Assembly (NCBI RefSeq): GCF_001194135.2
Contig: NC_068981.1
Location: forward strand, 72,108,142-72,159,651
Reading direction: 5' to 3'
DNA: 51,510 nt
Source of the DNA: Octopus bimaculoides
Taxonomy: Eukaryota
Shown here: positions 46,818-51,510 of the stretch, in pieces
Numbering within the stretch: the first letter of the stretch is position 1
Layout: every line of letters begins with the position of its first letter
The notes under the pieces: generated by a model
Database searches by the model: none
What the model was told of the DNA's origin: nothing
The model's input: only the letters and a program-made list of their open reading frames with translations
Position numbers and translations under genes: made by a program

Positions 46818-47632
46818 TTNNNNNNNNNNNNNNNNNNNNNNNNNNNNNNNNNNNNNNNNNNNNNNNNNNNNNNNNNNNNNNNNNNNNNNNNNNNNNNNNN
46901 NNNNNNNNNNNNNNNNNNNNNNNNNNNNNNNNNNNNNNNNNNNNNNNNNNNNNNNNNNNNNNNNNNNNNNNNNNNNNNNNNNNNNNNNNNNNNNNNNNNN
47001 NNNNNNNNNNNNNNNNNNNNNNNNNNNNNNNNNNNNNNNNNNNNNNNNNNNNNNNNNNNNNNNNNNNNNNNNNNNNNNNNNNNNNNNNNNNNNNNNNNNN
47101 NNNNNNNNNNNNNNNNNNNNNNNNNNNNNNNNNNNNNNNNNNNNNNNNNNNNNNNNNNNNNNNNNNNNNNNNNNNNNNNNNNNNNNNNNNNNNNNNNNNN
47201 NNNNNNNNNNNNNNNNNNNNNNNNNNNNNNNNNNNNNNNNNNNNNNNNNNNNNNNNNNNNNNNNNNNNNNNNNNNNNNNNNNNNNNNNNNNNNNNNNNNN
47301 NNNNNNNNNNNNNNNNNNNNNNNNNNNNNNNNNNNNNNNNNNNNNNNNNNNNNNNNNNNNNNNNNNNNNNNNNNNNNNNNNNNNNNNNNNNNNNNNNNNN
47401 NNNNNNNNNNNNNNNNNNNNNNNNNNNNNNNNNNNNNNNNNNNNNNNNNNNNNNNNNNNNNNNNNNNNNNNNNNNNNNNNNNNNNNNNNNNNNNNNNNNN
47501 NNNNNNNNNNNNNNNNNNNNNNNNNNNNNNNNNNNNNNNNNNNNNNNNNNNNNNNNNNNNNNNNNNNNNNNNNNNNNNNNNNNNNNNNNNNNNNNNNNNN
47601 NNNNNNNNNNNNNNNNNNNNNNNNNNNNNNNN

Positions 47633-47676
<44 letters not shown>

Positions 47677-47698
47677 TACAAGCTACATATATATAGTT

Positions 47699-48450
47699 TA
47701 TTGTATTTTATGATGGTCCTTTTACCAATGAAACACACACTCTAATTCTTTCACTGCTTTACGTTATTAGTGGGCAGATAATTATCCAATTAACCAATGA
47801 AGTACTCGATTGTTTAATTATTCGTTCAATCAGTCAGTCAATTATATGGTTTGTTTGAGCTCTTTTGTCGCTATGCACGACTTCATGAATATTGTGCCCT
47901 TATCATTCCAGGCCTGTCCTGTTGTATCCAAAATGGGTCATTTGGCTTTTGTTGCTCTCTCTGTATATATTGTTTGCAAATATGTGTAAATGAAATTGTT
48001 ATTGTAGGTATGTAAAGTGGCATCTGAGTAGGTGTATATATGTGAGTATATGCGAGTCGGATTTGATTCTCTCTCTTTTATTTCTACGAATAAGGTTTGC
48101 ACAAGCAGAATGTGTGTGCGTCCGTGTGAGTGTGTGTGTGTGTTTGCGTGTGTGTTTGCGTGTGTGTATGTGTGTGTGTGTGTGTATGTGTGTGTGTATG
48201 TGTGTGTGTGTGTATGTGTGTGTGTATGTGCGCGCGCGCGCAGATTTGCGTGTGTATGCACTAGCCGTCTAATAGCTACGTCACTGTTTTTAACTTTGTC
48301 TTTTTTTATTCATATCTTACAACGGAATAAATAATAAGTTCAACCACAAAACCTATTTATTTCTGTTATAGAATGCTATTCATTCACACACATGTGCATA
48401 CATATATATAAGCAGCCATACAGAAACATACACAGATATGTGTATGCGTA
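47699..48450 (+). repeat. Direct repeat, copy 1 (copy 2 at about 50865-51460)
   Basis: Shared tattgtattttatgatggtcc...ttatatggtttgtttgagctcttttgtcgc...ggcctgtcctgttgtatccaaaatgggtca...gaataaggtttgcac...cacagatatgtgtatgc. Confidence 0.88.
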
Positions 48451-48468
48451 CGTACATACATGCATACA

Positions 48469-48504
<36 letters not shown>

Positions 48505-48649
48505 TACATATGCGTATAAATATATACAGGTATGCACATATATATATATATATATACATACATACATACATACGCACATACATACATAGAGACACACAGA
48601 GGCACACACATATATACATACATACAGATATATGCATGTATATTTATAC

Positions 48650-48720
<71 letters not shown>

Positions 48721-48835
48721 CACACACATACATACACGCACAGACTCACACATATATACATACATATAGATGTATATATATATATATATGTATATACTCA
48801 TCTGAACATGCACCTGTGTACAGAGTATTCATACA

Positions 48836-49060
48836 TACAGCGTGTTCAGGCTAAATTTGACACCTTGCATAAAAGGAAAGGGAAACACAATATCCCATTA
48901 AAAAATAAAAGTATTAAAAATAATCCAAAGAATATGAACTGAATTATAGCTGGGAGATAACCGTTTACTGAAAGTTCCCGCCCTCAGCTTCCACCACAGC
49001 CTCAAGACGACTCCTGAACTGGGCGCGTGCTTTTCTCACCTGAGAAGATCTTCGAACACC
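48836..49060 (-). mobile_element. Tc1/maT-like transposon 3' end with probable TIR
   Basis: Minus-strand ARAQFRSRLEAVVEAEGGNFQ* resembles the Tc1-superfamily C-terminus. TA followed by cagcgtgttcaggctaaatttgacacc near 48836. Confidence 0.65.
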
Positions 49061-49109
49061 TTGATTTTCGAATACCTTCCCGATCTTCGAACAACTTCTT
49101 GATCACTGT

Positions 49110-49425
49110 CCAAAAGCAGTGTCTTGAGGACGCAAGCTCTATAAATAAACGATTACCTTGGTGTGTGTTAACTACTAGTTTTCTCTTTGTCAGCCTAGTT
49201 AATGTTGAGACAGCTATTCAATACGCCTGTTGATCTAGGACCCAAGAGATAGTTTATCCAGCTCGTAAATGTTGATGTAATAGTACTACTTCAGCTTTGA
49301 CAGACTCTTTTGAAACTGTCCATGATTTGCTGCAGTTGCTCCTCTGATGGTGTTGCTGGTGCCTCATCATCTGCAAACAGCATGTCTCTGATGGGTACTT
49401 CACGTATTTTGATTAGCTTGCTTGC
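49110..49425 (-). pseudogene. RTE (BovB-like) RT fragment
   Basis: IRDMLFADD..ATPSEEQLQQIMDSF (LFADD catalytic motif), followed downstream by a TKV..YRACVLKTL-like segment. Confidence 0.78.
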
Positions 49426-49589
49426 ATGTGTACATACATACATAGTATATACAGACATACATACATAGTACATACAGACATACATACAGACATACATACA
49501 GACAGACAGACATACATACATACATATATTATTCTTAATGTATTGTACTCTACCAAAAGTAAACCTACGGTTTAATGTAAGATTGATTT

Positions 49590-49725
49590 ATATTCCACAA
49601 AGTTTGACTTCGTCCACATTCTTTTGGGGTCGATAAAATAAATACAAGTTGAGTACTGGTGTCAATGTATTTGTCTTACTCTTCCCCAAAATTACTGGAC
49701 TTGTGTCAAAATTTGAAACCAATAC
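49590..49725 (+). mobile_element. SINE family 1, degenerate body
   Basis: aaagtttgacttcgtccacattcttttggggtcgataaaataaatacaagttgagtactgg...tgtgtcaaaatttgaaacca. Confidence 0.75.
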
Positions 49726-49730
49726 ATATG

Positions 49731-49792
<62 letters not shown>

Positions 49793-50180
49793 TTAAAAAT
49801 GAGGAAGGTCAGTTTTTTTGGATTACCTCAGTCTTCCCGTCCATTAACAGTTTAGCTTTATGACGTNNNNNNNNNNNNNNNNNNNNNNNNNNNNNNNNNN
49901 NNNNNNNNNNNNNNNNNNNNNNNNNNNNNNNNNNNNNNNNNNNNNNNNNNNNNNNNNNNNNNNNNNNNNNNNNNNNNNNNNNNNNNNNNNNNNNNNNNNN
50001 NNNNNNNNNNNNNNNNNNNNNNNNNNNNNNNNNNNNNNNNNNNNNNNNNNNNNNNNNNNNNNNNNNNNNNNNNNNNNNNNNNNNNNNNNNNNNNNNNNNN
50101 NNNNNNNNNNNNNNNNNNNNNNNNNNNNNNNNNNNNNNNNNNNNNNNNNNNNNNNNNNNNNNNNNNNNNNNNNNNNNNNN

Positions 50181-50580
50181 GACACAGCTGCCCTAAACTG
50201 CGTCTCATTACGAGCCATTGGTTCGTCTGGTATCGTGGAGAGGAAAGCGTCAAGTTTTGTCTTGAAGACCTCCGCATCCATGTCTTGCATGTCTCTCAAA
50301 TGTTTTGGCAGGGCATTGAAGAGCTGAGGTCCTCTGAAACCGAGGCTGCTGCAGTATCTCGTTCTTATGTGAGATGCAGTGGACGGTACCTTTGGCACCA
50401 TGCAGTGGCGACCCGTGCGGGCATTCCTGTAGTACTTGATACCAAAGTTTGGCACCAGTCCTTCCAGTATTTTCCATATGTATATTATTACATATCTCTC
50501 CCGCCTGCGCTCCAGGGAGTAGAGACCTAGTGCCTTCAGTCGCTCCCTGTAGTTCATCTGTTGGACTGTGGCGATCTTAT
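50181..50580 (-). pseudogene. CR1-like LINE ORF2 C-terminal fragment
   Basis: YRERLKALGLYSLERRRERYVIIYIWKILEGLVPN...GPQLFNALPKHLRD...FKTKLDAFL..IPDEP, typical of the CR1-group post-RT region. Confidence 0.85.
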
Positions 50581-50864
50581 ATACATATATATATATGTAT
50601 ATAATTAATTCAATAATAGGATAAGATCTGTTACAAGAATTAATCAAGTAGCTAGCGTGAAAAAAACTTCATAAGGGAAAAAATCCATCCATTATTCCCT
50701 GGAATATATTTATTTATATTTATATAAGGGCATTACTATATAAGAATGCCTCACGCTAAACTATCATAAACACACACACACGCACACACACACACATATA
50801 TATTTATATATATATATTTATTTATTTATACATACATACTACAATACACACACACCAGTACGAG

Positions 50865-51460
50865 TATTGTATTTTATGATGGTCCACGCACTCTTATTGT
50901 TTCACTCCTTTACGTTATTATAGGAGAAATAATTTACCAATTAACCAATGATTATATGGTTTGTTTGAGCTCTTTTGTCGCCATGCATGACGTCATGAAT
51001 ATCGTGCCCTTATTATTTCCGGCCTGTCCTGTTGTATCCAAAATGGGTCACTTGGATTTTGTTGCTTTATATATAATGTTTGTGATATGTGTAAATGAAA
51101 TTGTTAGTGTATGTATGTAAGGTGGCATCTGAATATATGTGAACATAGGTGTGTGTATATACGTGTATATGTGAGTATATGCGAATCGGATTTGATTTTC
51201 TCTCTTTTATTTCTATGAATAAGGTTTGCACCAGCAGAATGTGTTTGAGTGTGTGCGTGTGTGTTTGGGCGCGCGTGTGCGCATTTGCGTGTGTACACGC
51301 TAACCGTCTAATAGCTTCTCATGGCTACGTCGCTGTTGTTAACTGCGTCTTATTTTATTCATATCTCACAGGGGAATAATGAATTCATCCACATACATCT
51401 GCATAAATCTATAAGCATTCACACAGACACATACACAGATATGTGTATGCATACAGGCAT
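50865..51460 (+). repeat. Direct repeat, copy 2 of 47699-48450
   Basis: See copy 1; offset 3166 bp at the 5' anchor. Confidence 0.88.
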
Positions 51461-51477
51461 ACATACATATGCGTATG

Positions 51478-51510
<33 letters not shown>

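Noticed and set aside
1-51510. CRISPR array, rRNA genes or prokaryotic operons
   Set aside because: No regularly spaced repeat-spacer array or rRNA sequence; the content is eukaryotic repeat DNA.

Overview
AT-rich, microsatellite-laden, gapped eukaryotic scaffold. The SINE families and repeat landscape suggest a cephalopod such as Octopus; this is inference from recalled repeat families, not a search. No host protein-coding exon could be supported. The window is dominated by mobile DNA: four tRNA-headed SINE families, Tc1/mariner relics and MITEs, and Penelope, RTE, CR1-like, R4/Dong-like and Tx1/L1-like non-LTR relics. The main observation is a family of Tx1/L1-type retroelements that appears to insert at one site (CGGTAT|TTCGTCT) inside the most abundant SINE. 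Two strongly diverged, apparently ORF1-only elements (8331-9962 and 9976-11743) sit one behind the other in a single split SINE. They share the same 3' junction and a conserved non-polyA 3' terminus (...TAAAGAAAT), and have TSDs of 6 and 13 bp. A third copy (1167-1869) is fused to another SINE copy at the same site. An ORF2-carrying relative (about 29500-30867) begins directly behind a SINE head. Together these suggest a SINE-targeting retroelement with HAL1-like ORF1-only derivatives.
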